Source: an uncultured Bacillales bacterium
GTDB lineage: Bacteria; Bacillota_I; Bacilli_A; RF39; UBA660
NCBI GenBank assembly: GCA_946628005.1
Contig: CAMOWA010000002.1
Location: forward strand, 8,733 to 72,732
Direction: 5' to 3'
Length of the DNA: 64,000 nucleotides
Shown: positions 1-9,414 of the stretch, piece by piece
How positions within the stretch are numbered: position 1 is the first letter of the stretch
Layout: the number at the start of each line of letters is the position of its first letter
The notes under the pieces: generated by a model
What the model was told of the DNA's origin: nothing
The model's input: only the letters and a program-made list of their open reading frames with translations
Database searches by the model: none
Program-made: the position numbers and the translations under genes

Positions 1-114
1 GTTAAAGAACTCTTTCCTAAATCTTTAAGTTATGGCAGTAAAAATATTTCTATTTTTGGTTTATTATTTGGATTTATTTTTATGTTTTTATTTCAATGTA
101 TTTTTAAATTATAA
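1..114 (+). CDS. 3' end of a membrane protein gene entering from upstream; C-terminus resembles ZIP-family metal transporters (partial)
   Basis: The frame is open from base 1 to TAA 112-114 (VKELFPKSLSYGSKNISIFGLLFGFIFMFLFQCIFKL). The EL-P-S motif plus a terminal hydrophobic helix resembles ZIP/GufA C-termini. A hairpin terminator follows. Confidence 0.35.
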   Translation, partial: VKELFPKSLSYGSKNISIFGLLFGFIFMFLFQCIFKL

Positions 115-154
115 AAAAATTCTATTTTTCATAGATTTTTTATTGTAGAAAGAA

Positions 155-182
155 AACCACCGGATAGTCCGGTGGTTCTTTT
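155..182 (+). terminator. Rho-independent terminator-like hairpin (also possibly the left-end hairpin of the IS200-like remnant)
   Basis: AACCACCGGA (155-164) pairs with TCCGGTGGTT (168-177), a perfect 10 bp stem with loop TAG, followed by CTTTT. Confidence 0.6.
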
Positions 183-214
183 AAGCTTTAGCGATGAGTC
201 TTTAATAATGAAAT

Positions 215-270
215 CCTCCTTTGTTATAATTAAATTGCAGTTTGCCGCTAGCAAAATAAAACAAAGGAGG
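215..270 (+). promoter_or_regulatory. Stem-loop sequestering the tnpA Shine-Dalgarno sequence
   Basis: CCTCCTTTGTT (215-225) is the perfect reverse complement of AACAAAGGAGG (260-270). The latter is the SD 8 nt upstream of the TTG start at 279. Confidence 0.5.
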
Positions 271-278
271 TGTGTCCC

Positions 279-530
279 TTGCAGGACATAAATAGTTTAT
301 CACGTACAAAATGGAATTGTAAGTACCATATTGTATGTGTCCCAAAATATATGAGAAAATTATCTTATGAAGAAAAAAGATTAGAGATAGGAAGAATTTT
401 GAGGGAATTATGTTAGTGGAAAAAATGCAGTATTAATAACTAAATATATAGAAAATCAATTTAAGGAAAATAAGTCAATTTAGCAGTTAGCCTCAGATAA
501 AATAGACACGTTCACAGGAAACAAGCGTTA
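279..530 (+). pseudogene. tnpA: IS200-type transposase TnpA, disrupted (premature stop, central part with HUH motif and catalytic Tyr missing)
   Basis: 279-416 translates as LQDINSLSRTKWNCKYHIVCVPKYMRKLSYEEKRLEIGRILRELC*, the typical IS200 TnpA N-terminus (TKWNCKYHIV). A second fragment at about 445-530, YIENQFKENKSI*QLASDKIDTFTGNKR*, matches the TnpA C-terminus. Confidence 0.7.
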
Positions 531-627
531 GAATCGGTAAGTGGCAAATTGTTATAGTGTTTTTAAGTAAGGCCAGAACAAGAGCCTTTATAGGCAGTCA
601 GAGAAAAACTATTAGTTTACTAGTTGA

Positions 628-2733
628 TTATTTCTTTTTCCAGCGAGCGTACACTGTGGTGTAACTTTTTGCCGGTACTGTACTACTTGTTATTTTAGTA
701 CCATCTTTTTTTGCAGTATACCATCCTTTAAAATTATATCCACTTCTCTTTGGTTTACATAGTGTTCCCCATGATTCGCTGCATCTTGCACCAACGTATT
801 TAACTTTGCCATTACAGCCGGATCCACCATTATCATTATATGTTAATTTACGGTATATAATTGTATAATTTACGGTGCCATCATTACAGTTTCCTACTGC
901 ATCACATAGATGATAACTAATTGGCAATGTTTTTAGTGATGGACTATCATTCATTGTAAAATATAAAATATCATAGACTGTCCATGTTGTTCCTTTATTA
1001 TACCCTTGATTGTGATCTGAATCATATAATCCTGAGCGCCAATCTTTTTGCTTATCATTTAATTTTTCCCATTTACCATCTTTTGCATGACGATACCAAT
1101 TGAAATATGCATTTCCAGCATCTGTATTTAGACCACTATCTTCATCTGTCCAAAGAAACCATACAGCATCATAGTAGTCATTTTTTGTGATGTTATTGTT
1201 ATTTTTTATTTCATGTGCTCTTCCTGTATTATCACAATTTATAGTTCCATCTGAATTATTATAATAGTTATAATATGATAAAATTTTTGGTGGGTTTTTA
1301 TCAATTTTTATATCTATTGAGCAATTATTTGAGCCATAAGCATTTTCAACGTGTCCATAGTATGTGTTTGATCCTTGTTTCGTTGCGGTAAAGGTTGTAG
1401 TTTTGTTTGTTAAACCGCTACTTTCTCCGATTCCATATGTTGTTGCATTATTTTTATTAAGTTGTAAAGATACATCTTTTTTGTACCAACCATTGAATAC
1501 TGGGCTTGGTGGTGATGTTATAGAGATTGAACAAGTTGGTATTTTTCCCCAATTAGCATAAAGAGTTACTTCACAATCTCCTTCTTTGGCATCACAAAAG
1601 TCACTTGCTGGATATGCTGTAGTTTGATTGAAGCTTGTGCCTGTTCCATTATCTTTTGTATTCCAAACTTTATTGCTATCTATACCATACCCTTCTTTCT
1701 GTAAAGAAAGATAAGATGAGTTGTTCCAGTTAACAAGCCCATCTGATGTTAGCGATGAACCATAATCAATCTTTTGAATAATATCTGAACCATTATATTT
1801 AATCTTACCATCAGCATCAATTGTATAACCTTTTCCAGTTACTTTTAAACTCCCACCATTAGCATTTAATTTAATATTTACTTTGTTTTTTCTCCATTTA
1901 GCGTGTATTGTGATATTTTTAGTAGCTTTCTCTGTATTTGTAAAGTTTGAACCAGTTCCATCAGCTTTTGTATTCCATCCTAAAAATGTGTAACTTGTTC
2001 TTGTTGGAGTACATAATTCTCCCCAGTAATCATCTTCCATTTTATGAATGGACTTATCACTACATCCACTTCCACCATTATCATCATATAATAATGTATA
2101 AGAAGTTAATGGTAAATTAATATCTGGTACATAATTTACTGGTGCCATAATAGATATTCCGTATTCATTACCAAAATTTGGATGGTAAAAAACTATTTGA
2201 ATAGATAATACTTGATGTTCTAATACTTCTATTTTTACATCTTGAATGCTAAGTTCTTGTACTGTGTGTTCTGATATTCCTTTTGATGGGTCTGCTTCTA
2301 TTTTTGTTTGACCTAAATTAGGAAGAGGATATTCAATTAAGTCTCCTTCAGTTCCATAAGATATCATAAAAGAGTCTGATTGATTTTTTAGACCAGTTGG
2401 ATTATAGGTAGAATAACCTAATGTTTGATCTACTTGAAGAGTTTTCTTCGTACCATTTTTTAAAGTACAACGAAGAATATAAGTCTTTTTACCTGATGGA
2501 TCAATATTATTTTCTATACTTACATGAGATAATTCATTATTAACAAAATCATCTTGTATTGTCTTAGTAAGTAAATATTTATAAGATAATATTTCATTCT
2601 TATCTTTTTCAATTACTCTTTTATCATTATAAGATGAAACTGTTCCATACATTGAGAAAGCCATGATAAAAATTAATACAAAACATAATATTACTTCTAT
2701 TGTGGTTATCCCACGACTATTTAATTTTCTCAT
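628..2733 (-). CDS. Giant type IV prepilin-like protein with three Listeria-Bacteroides (Flg_new-type) repeats
   Basis: The N-terminus MRKLNSRG|ITTIEVILCFVLIFIMAFSMYG is a class III signal (Gly -1, Glu +5, hydrophobic helix). Three repeats of the form ...NGGSGC...GW.T..DGTG...(A/Y)(K/N/R)W are present. SD AAAGAGGA lies upstream of ATG 2733. Confidence 0.7.
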   Translation of the reverse strand: MRKLNSRGITTIEVILCFVLIFIMAFSMYGTVSSYNDKRVIEKDKNEILSYKYLLTKTIQDDFVNNELSHVSIENNIDPSGKKTYILRCTLKNGTKKTLQVDQTLGYSTYNPTGLKNQSDSFMISYGTEGDLIEYPLPNLGQTKIEADPSKGISEHTVQELSIQDVKIEVLEHQVLSIQIVFYHPNFGNEYGISIMAPVNYVPDINLPLTSYTLLYDDNGGSGCSDKSIHKMEDDYWGELCTPTRTSYTFLGWNTKADGTGSNFTNTEKATKNITIHAKWRKNKVNIKLNANGGSLKVTGKGYTIDADGKIKYNGSDIIQKIDYGSSLTSDGLVNWNNSSYLSLQKEGYGIDSNKVWNTKDNGTGTSFNQTTAYPASDFCDAKEGDCEVTLYANWGKIPTCSISITSPPSPVFNGWYKKDVSLQLNKNNATTYGIGESSGLTNKTTTFTATKQGSNTYYGHVENAYGSNNCSIDIKIDKNPPKILSYYNYYNNSDGTINCDNTGRAHEIKNNNNITKNDYYDAVWFLWTDEDSGLNTDAGNAYFNWYRHAKDGKWEKLNDKQKDWRSGLYDSDHNQGYNKGTTWTVYDILYFTMNDSPSLKTLPISYHLCDAVGNCNDGTVNYTIIYRKLTYNDNGGSGCNGKVKYVGARCSESWGTLCKPKRSGYNFKGWYTAKKDGTKITSSTVPAKSYTTVYARWKKK

Positions 2734-2780
2734 AATTTATCCTCTTTACTATCTAATCTTATATAATTATTGTATCATCT
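2451..2780. repeat. Dispersed repeat copy A (5' coding part and upstream region of the prepilin-like gene); partner at 62339-62628
   Basis: By eye about 95% identical over about 250 nt to 62339-62590. Copy A has about 35 extra nt (SD, ATG and first codons) that are absent from copy B. Confidence 0.8.
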
Positions 2781-2816
2781 TTTTTTCTGTTTTTATAATA
2801 TTATTAATAATTATAC

Positions 2817-2870
2817 AAAAAAAACTAATGATTTGATGTGAACCCTATTTGGGAGACATCAAATCATTAG
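2817..2870 (-). terminator. Rho-independent terminator downstream of the acyl-CoA ligase gene
   Basis: CTAATGATTTGATGT (2825-2839) pairs with ACATCAAATCATTAG (2856-2870), a perfect 15 bp stem. A T-run follows on the minus strand (A-run 2817-2824). Confidence 0.8.
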
Positions 2871-2872
2871 TT

Positions 2873-4624
2873 TTATTTATTTAGTTTTTCTTTTTCTTCT
2901 TTTTCTAGTTGTTTATAATCTACTTTACTATAAAGAGTTTTAGGAAAGTCTTTTCTTATTTCAAATTCTTTTGGTACGGAGTAAATTGCTAGTTTTTCTT
3001 TACATAGTTCTTTTAATTCTTTTTTTAGTTTTAAGCTGTCTTTATATTCATCATTTAGTATTAAAAAAGCTTTTGGAACATGCATTTTATATGGATGAGG
3101 AATTCCTATTACACAAGCTTTTTTTACAGCTGGATGTTTTTCTAATACTTCTTCAATCATGCTTGGATATACATTAAATCCGGATACGATAATCATTCTC
3201 TTTAGTCTTTGGGTATAGAATACTAATCCGTTTGATGCGATATAACCTATATCTCCAGTATGTAGCCATATTTTTCCATCTTTATGTTTCCTTAGCATTT
3301 GCTTGGTTTCTTTTGGGTTATTTAAGTATCCTGCCATTAGAGTTGGCCCATTTACACAAATTTCCCCTTCTTCTCCGATTTTTAACTCTTCACCTGTTTC
3401 TGGGTTACATATTTTATAAGTGTTTCCTACCATAGGTATTCCTATGCTTCCTGGTTCATTTGTTCCTGGAAAGGTATAGGCTGTAGCAGCAACTGATTCT
3501 GTCATTCCATATCCTTTACAAATATTTACGTGGGCCCCATGTTTATGTAAAAATTCATTTATTCTTGTTTCCGCTGGAATAGATAAGTAGTCTCCCCCAC
3601 TTACTATATATTTTAATTGAGACATATCAACGGAGTCAAATTTTTTATTGCTCATCATTCCTTCCCATAAAGTAGGAACTCCTAATATAACATGTGGTTT
3701 ATCATTTTTCCATATTTTATAAAATCGATTTGGTTCATATTCTGGCATAAGAATGGTTTCTACTTTTAAACATAGTGGTGTATGAACACAAACTCCCAAT
3801 CCAAATCCATGAAAAATTGGTAGGATTGTTACTATTTTATCTTTTGGACGAACATCTATTACATTTACTGCACTTTGTTGGGCTAAGGCGTTAAAACTAT
3901 AATTAGTTATCATTATACCTTTTGGTGTACCTGTTGTCCCTCCGCTATGAAGAATTAAGGCAATATCATTTTTTTTGACATCTGCTTTAAATTCTTTACT
4001 GTAAGTTACACCTCTTAACATAAACTCTTTCCAACTCATAAAATCTTGTTCTCTTCTTGATGGACGTTTTGTTTTTATACTTCTGGTTAATGTGTATCCT
4101 ATTGATAGAGATAGTGGCATACTAATTTTTGGAGATACTAAAATCGTTTTGTATACTAGGGTTGTTGCTATTGCATCTTTACATTTTGAATAATTAAAAT
4201 CTACTAGAAATAAAAATCTACTTTTATTTTCTCTTAAATAAAAATTAATTTGTTCTGGGCTACTAAGTGGATGAATAATATCTGCTATAGCTCCAATTTT
4301 GTTGCAAGCATAAAAAGCATATATTGCTTCTGGCATATTAGGTAGACATATTGTTACAACGTCTTTTTCTTTTACCCCATAGCTTCTAAGAGCTCTTGCA
4401 CAGATATTAATATTATCAAAAAATTCATTATAGCTTATTCTGTTCTCAAAGTAATTTAAGGCGATATAGTCTTTATCTTCTCCTACTTCATCAATTAAAA
4501 AATCATATATTGATTTATTTGTAAATTTAATACTTCTTTCTTCTCTAGAGTAATAATCTAACCAAGGTTCATTTTTATGTTTCTTTTTAAATATACTTGT
4601 TAGAAAATCTTTTATTAATCTCAT
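2873..4624 (-). CDS. AMP-dependent synthetase/ligase (long-chain fatty acid-CoA ligase-like)
   Basis: AMP-binding motifs LHSGGTTGTPKG, GYGMTE and TGDIGY are present; 583 aa. Confidence 0.8.
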   Translation of the reverse strand: MRLIKDFLTSIFKKKHKNEPWLDYYSREERSIKFTNKSIYDFLIDEVGEDKDYIALNYFENRISYNEFFDNINICARALRSYGVKEKDVVTICLPNMPEAIYAFYACNKIGAIADIIHPLSSPEQINFYLRENKSRFLFLVDFNYSKCKDAIATTLVYKTILVSPKISMPLSLSIGYTLTRSIKTKRPSRREQDFMSWKEFMLRGVTYSKEFKADVKKNDIALILHSGGTTGTPKGIMITNYSFNALAQQSAVNVIDVRPKDKIVTILPIFHGFGLGVCVHTPLCLKVETILMPEYEPNRFYKIWKNDKPHVILGVPTLWEGMMSNKKFDSVDMSQLKYIVSGGDYLSIPAETRINEFLHKHGAHVNICKGYGMTESVAATAYTFPGTNEPGSIGIPMVGNTYKICNPETGEELKIGEEGEICVNGPTLMAGYLNNPKETKQMLRKHKDGKIWLHTGDIGYIASNGLVFYTQRLKRMIIVSGFNVYPSMIEEVLEKHPAVKKACVIGIPHPYKMHVPKAFLILNDEYKDSLKLKKELKELCKEKLAIYSVPKEFEIRKDFPKTLYSKVDYKQLEKEEKEKLNK

Positions 4625-4734
4625 ATATTTATTCTCCTTATATTTTTTATTTTACTCTCTCTACTCTTTTCAATCAAGTATTAAATTTTTAACTCTAATT
4701 TAATTCATTATATTCAGTATTTTTAATTATAGAA

Positions 4735-4759
4735 GAAAAAAAGTATCATTTGATACTTT
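4735..4759 (-). terminator. Rho-independent terminator overlapping the stop of the YhgE/Pip-like gene
   Basis: AAAGTATC (4740-4747) pairs with GATACTTT (4752-4759) around a 4 nt loop. A T-run follows on the minus strand. Confidence 0.55.
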
Positions 4760-6581
4760 ACTCGGATATTTTATATATAAAATATATTTCATCTGTATTA
4801 GGAGATAAAAAACCTTTATAATTTTTTGATATCTTTACTAATTTATTCATTTTTTGGTATATTTTATTTATTTTATTTGTAGTATTTGTTAACTGATTTA
4901 TTCCATCATTATTAACTTTATTTAGTCCTTCAGATATTATTTTACTTCCATCATATAATAATTTAGATCCTTCTTCTAACTTTATTGTACCATTATATGC
5001 ATCTTCTATTCCTTTTTCTAGTTTTTTACTTCCATTACTTAGTGTTTCATTTCCTTTTATTATTTTATTTGAGCCATTTTTTATTTCTTGTAGTCCATTT
5101 GATAGATTTGTACTTGATGTATCTATTTGTATTATTCCTTCTTTTAAACTATTTATTTTATTTATTAATATATTCATATTATTATCATTTATATCGTTTT
5201 TGTTTTGTAAATTTAGTAAATTCATTAAAATAGTCTCAATTACTTCATTTGCTCCTTCTATTTTTGCTTTTATTAATGGAAGGGTTGCACTATTCTTAGT
5301 TGCTTCATTTAATGCCTCATCTATTTGTTTTATCCCTTCTTCTATTTGTATTTTTCCATTTTGTAATTGCTTTATTGTTTCTTCATTTTCTGGATTATTT
5401 AATTGTTCTAACATCATTATTTTTGAATTAATTTCTATTAGTTCTTTATTTAGTTCTTGTTTTTTAATATTAGCTTGTTCTATTTTATTTGTTATTTCAT
5501 TTTCTAATGTACCATTATCAATATTATTTAATATTTCTTTATTATTCTTATATGTTTCATATAATTTATTTAGTTCATTTTCAATATTATCTATTTTATT
5601 ACTGTTTTCTGTTAACATATGTATTGAATTAGAAAATATATCCATTCCAGATGATGCTTTTTCTATTCCACTATTTAGGTCAATTAATCCTTTTGTAAAT
5701 GTATCTTGACCTTTATTATATTCTTTTGAACCTATTGAGATAGATTCCATTCCATCTTTTAATGTTGATAGTCCATTACTTAATTCTTTTTCTTTTTCTG
5801 ATAATTCAACAGATCCTTTTACTAGTTCATTCATTCCATCTTGTAATGTATTTATTTTACTTGTTATTGTTCCTAGTTGATCTAGTTTATTTAAATCAAC
5901 TTCATCTAATATTTTTGGAGTTATCATACAAAATATTTCGTGTGGTGAGAATGAAGTTGTATTATAATTTATCTCTATTTTATCTAAGTTTTTAAATTCT
6001 TCTATTTTTGTATTATTATATAATCCAGGTGAAGATATAGCAGTTATTATAGTACTTTTACCATTATTTATTATTTTACCATTTGATACTTTAATATTTG
6101 TATCTTTTTCATCATTATAAATAGATGCTATTGTTACAACGTAAGGTGTTAACATATTATATTCATTATTATAATCATTATTTGTAAAATTATAAATTAT
6201 TTTTATATTACCTTTTTTCTTATTTAGGTTTTCTATCTTTGTTTCTTTTCCATTAAGATAATATTTTACGTTTACTGAAATTGGTAAATCTTTTGATATT
6301 TTTCCTTCGTAGGTAATATCTTTTCCTGTAGATTTCCATAGTATTTTATTATTTTCTTTTGTAAATTGTTCTTTTCCTATATTTTTTAGGTTATTTAAAT
6401 AAGAGTAATCCTCTATTGTACCTTTTTCTAAGTCTTGTAGTTTTGTTTGTATTGTATTTTTCTTTAATTTTCCATTTAAATCAAAGGTTGCATAGATTGT
6501 TTCTGTTTTATGATATGCATATACATTTGGAGTAAATATACTTGTTAATAATATAAGTAATAATATATATTTTTTATTCAT
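4758..6581 (-). CDS. Secreted YhgE/Pip-like protein with Leu-x-x-Gly heptad repeats
   Basis: Signal peptide MNKKYILLLILLTSIFTPNVYA. Repeated L..G heptads occur (LQDGMNELVKGSVEL, LSNGLSTLKDGMESI, LNSGIEKASSGMD). The gene is 2 nt downstream of the MMPL gene. Confidence 0.6.
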   Translation of the reverse strand: MNKKYILLLILLTSIFTPNVYAYHKTETIYATFDLNGKLKKNTIQTKLQDLEKGTIEDYSYLNNLKNIGKEQFTKENNKILWKSTGKDITYEGKISKDLPISVNVKYYLNGKETKIENLNKKKGNIKIIYNFTNNDYNNEYNMLTPYVVTIASIYNDEKDTNIKVSNGKIINNGKSTIITAISSPGLYNNTKIEEFKNLDKIEINYNTTSFSPHEIFCMITPKILDEVDLNKLDQLGTITSKINTLQDGMNELVKGSVELSEKEKELSNGLSTLKDGMESISIGSKEYNKGQDTFTKGLIDLNSGIEKASSGMDIFSNSIHMLTENSNKIDNIENELNKLYETYKNNKEILNNIDNGTLENEITNKIEQANIKKQELNKELIEINSKIMMLEQLNNPENEETIKQLQNGKIQIEEGIKQIDEALNEATKNSATLPLIKAKIEGANEVIETILMNLLNLQNKNDINDNNMNILINKINSLKEGIIQIDTSSTNLSNGLQEIKNGSNKIIKGNETLSNGSKKLEKGIEDAYNGTIKLEEGSKLLYDGSKIISEGLNKVNNDGINQLTNTTNKINKIYQKMNKLVKISKNYKGFLSPNTDEIYFIYKISE

Positions 6582-6583
6582 AT

Positions 6584-8641
6584 TTATACCTTCTTTCTTT
6601 TTGTTGTTTTTAAGATAAATGAATCAGATAAAACTAATAATGTAGGTAAAACAATAATTACAACTATCATACTAATTAATGCTCCTCTAGATAATAGTGT
6701 ACAAATTGATCCAATCATATCTATTTTTGTTATTATTGTTACCCCTATGGTTGCTGAAAAGAAACATGCAGCTGATGTTATGATGGATGGAATTGTTTCT
6801 TTTAAAGTATTTTCCATTGCTTTTTCTTTTTTAATTTTCTTATTTCTTTCTTCTAAGTATTTTGTTGACATTAATATTGCATAGTCAATTGTTGCTCCTA
6901 ATTGTATTGTTCCAACTACTATACTTGCTATAAATGGTAAGGATACATTTGTGTAATATGATATTGCTAGATTAGAGAATATAGCAAATTCTATTGTAAT
7001 AATTAGTATAATTGGAAGGCCTATGGATTGTAAAACTACAACCATTACTAAAAATATTATTAAAATTGAAGTTGTATTTACCATTTTAAAGTCATGGTCT
7101 GCTATTTCAACTAAGTCTTTCATTAAGGCTCCTTCACCAGCAACGATACCATTCTTATCATATTTTTTTACTATTTTTTCGATTTCTTTTATTTGTTTAT
7201 TTAACTTATTACTTGCTACTTCATATTCTGAATTATAAATAATTAATTGGTATTTTTTATGATTTATTAGTTTTTGTATATCATCTGGTAGTATTTCTTT
7301 TATGCCATCATCTAGTAAGGTATTTGGAGAAATTACCATATTTATTCCTTTTTTATTGTTTAGTTTTTCTACTATTTCTTCTACTTCACTTTTTGATATT
7401 TTTTTATCTAATAGTATTATTTCTGGAGATGTAATGTTAAAGTTTTTACTTAAATTTTCATTAGATACATGAAAGGGTAAAGACTTTGGTAATGCATCAT
7501 CTAGTTTGTAGTATACTTTATAGTGAGTATTTCCGTAATATGCTGGAATTATTAATAATAGAAATAATGTTAATATTAGTTTTTGATGTGATATACTAAA
7601 TTGTTTTAATTTTTCGAATTTCGGAAGATAATTTTTATGGGATGTTTTATTAATTAAATTATCAAATAACAGTAATAATGATGGAAATACAGTTAAAACA
7701 CATATAAGTCCAAATAAGACTCCTTTTGACATTACTAGGCCAATATCTGTTCCAAGTTTTAAATCCATTGTACATAGAGCTAAAAAGCCTACAAAGGTTG
7801 TTAAGGATGATCCTATTACGGATTGCATGGTCTCTATTATGGCTTTTTCCATTGCTTTAAATTTATCTTTCTCCTTTTTTTTAGAGTCTATATATTTATG
7901 GTATAAGAATATAGAAAAGTCTGTTGTTACTCCAAGTTGTAAGATTGCTGTTATTGCTTTTGTTATGTAACTTATATTTCCTAGAAATATATTTGTACCC
8001 ATATTGTATAAAATAGCAAGTCCTATGTTTGATAGTAATAGTGGTGGTATAATAAATGAATCTGTGGCAACTATTAAAACAATTAAACATAAAAGTACTG
8101 ATATACATACATAAAGTGACATCTCTTTTGTTGATAGTTCCATAGTATCTAGTACCATACTAGTCATACTGCTTACTTTATTACTATCTCCTACTACTTT
8201 TCTTATTTTTTTTACGGCTTCTACCGTTTTATCTGATGAAGTTGAATCTTTAAATGTTACCATAATTATAGTTTCATTATTTTTATATAATTTTTTTAAT
8301 ATTTTATCCGGTACCATTTCTATTGGAATGTCTTTTCCTAATATATCCATTAGGCTAAGTGTTTTGTCTACTCCATTAATTTTTTTAATATTATTTTCTA
8401 ATTTTAATATTTTATTATTATTTTTAGTATCTATCATTACAAATGCGTAAGCGCCTAAGCCAAAATCATTCGTTAATATTTTTTCTCCTTTAATTGTGTC
8501 TATTTTGTCTGGTAAATATACAAGAATATCATAATTAATTTTGGTATTTATCATTCCTATAACTGATGGAATAATACATATAAGGCTTAATATAAAAATT
8601 AGTATATAATGTTTTACTACTATATTAGATATTTTTTTCAT
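6584..8641 (-). CDS. MMPL/RND-superfamily membrane transporter
   Basis: Two blocks of about 6 TM helices are each preceded by a soluble loop, in 685 aa. SD AAAGGAGA lies 6 nt upstream of ATG 8641, and the ORF-track start at 8695 lacks an SD. The gene is divergent from a TetR gene, as in S. aureus farE/farR. Confidence 0.75.
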   Translation of the reverse strand: MKKISNIVVKHYILIFILSLICIIPSVIGMINTKINYDILVYLPDKIDTIKGEKILTNDFGLGAYAFVMIDTKNNNKILKLENNIKKINGVDKTLSLMDILGKDIPIEMVPDKILKKLYKNNETIIMVTFKDSTSSDKTVEAVKKIRKVVGDSNKVSSMTSMVLDTMELSTKEMSLYVCISVLLCLIVLIVATDSFIIPPLLLSNIGLAILYNMGTNIFLGNISYITKAITAILQLGVTTDFSIFLYHKYIDSKKKEKDKFKAMEKAIIETMQSVIGSSLTTFVGFLALCTMDLKLGTDIGLVMSKGVLFGLICVLTVFPSLLLLFDNLINKTSHKNYLPKFEKLKQFSISHQKLILTLFLLLIIPAYYGNTHYKVYYKLDDALPKSLPFHVSNENLSKNFNITSPEIILLDKKISKSEVEEIVEKLNNKKGINMVISPNTLLDDGIKEILPDDIQKLINHKKYQLIIYNSEYEVASNKLNKQIKEIEKIVKKYDKNGIVAGEGALMKDLVEIADHDFKMVNTTSILIIFLVMVVVLQSIGLPIILIITIEFAIFSNLAISYYTNVSLPFIASIVVGTIQLGATIDYAILMSTKYLEERNKKIKKEKAMENTLKETIPSIITSAACFFSATIGVTIITKIDMIGSICTLLSRGALISMIVVIIVLPTLLVLSDSFILKTTKRKKV

Positions 8642-8714
8642 AGATTTCTCCTTTCTTTTACTATTATTATTCTTAAAATTGAAAAAAAGGAACAATATTT
8701 TGTAAAAAATGTTT

Positions 8715-8771
8715 GTTAAACAACATATTTTTGATTTTTGTTTGAGTATTTTTATACATTTGTTGTTTAAC
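8715..8771. promoter_or_regulatory. Candidate TetR operator: 11 bp inverted repeat in the divergent MMPL/TetR promoter region
   Basis: GTTAAACAACA (8715-8725) is the reverse complement of TGTTGTTTAAC (8761-8771). The first copy lies inside an imperfect palindrome, TGTTTGTTAAACAACA. Confidence 0.35.
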
Positions 8772-8800
8772 TTTACATTTGTAGTTTTATATAGTATAAT

Positions 8801-9412
8801 ATGAGCCAGGTGATGGAAATGAAAAAAGAAGATTTACGTATTCGAAAAACAAAAGCTAGTCTTTATAAATCTTTATTACAATTAATGGAAGATACTCCTT
8901 TTGAAGAAATAAAAGTTAGTCGAATTTGTCAATTATCAATGATTAATCGTTCTACTTTTTATGATCATTTTAATGACAAATATGAACTATTGTCTAGTTT
9001 TATACAGGATTTAAAGAATGAATTAGTAATTCATTTAAATCATGCTAAGGCTACTTCTAGTATTAGGGAATATTATTTAGAACTTATCCGATTATTATTT
9101 GATTATATTGAAAAAAATAGTAATGTATATACATCTATATCTATTATTAAAATGAATGATCATTCTATTGCTTATGATATGATGTTTGATGCTACACTTG
9201 AAGCTGTAAAGAAGAAAATGGTAGAGGAATATACTAATCTTTCTGATATTCCGATTGATACGATATCATTATTTTATGTTAGTGGGGTTACTAAGGTTTT
9301 AATAGATTTTCTTGAAAAACAACCTGATATGGATAAAGAAGTTGTTATTAAATATATTGCTGGTTTATTACCAGAAATTAATTATTTAGTTCCTAAAACA
9401 GAAAAGAAATAG
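8801..9412 (+). CDS. TetR/AcrR-family transcriptional regulator
   Basis: N-terminal HTH LRIRKTKASLYKSLLQLMEDTPFEEIKVSRICQLSMINRSTFYDHF. The true start may be ATG 8819 (AGGTGA SD). Confidence 0.8.
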   Translation: MSQVMEMKKEDLRIRKTKASLYKSLLQLMEDTPFEEIKVSRICQLSMINRSTFYDHFNDKYELLSSFIQDLKNELVIHLNHAKATSSIREYYLELIRLLFDYIEKNSNVYTSISIIKMNDHSIAYDMMFDATLEAVKKKMVEEYTNLSDIPIDTISLFYVSGVTKVLIDFLEKQPDMDKEVVIKYIAGLLPEINYLVPKTEKK

Positions 9413-9414
9413 TT

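Larger units (their letters stand above)
183..600 (+). mobile_element. Decayed IS200/IS605-family element (tnpA remnant with internal deletion)
   Basis: The region contains recognisable N- and C-terminal pieces of a Y1 (IS200-type) transposase and an SD-sequestering inverted repeat. Its G+C is higher than the surrounding DNA. Element ends are not defined. Confidence 0.55.

Noticed and set aside
5200-5709. 169 aa plus-strand ORF, and similar ORFs at 4985-5233 and 5762-5995, antisense to the YhgE/Pip-like gene
   Set aside because: These are Phe/Leu/Ser/Ile-rich shadow ORFs lying entirely inside a well-supported minus-strand gene. They have no SD. Their composition is what antisense translation of AT-rich coding DNA is expected to give.
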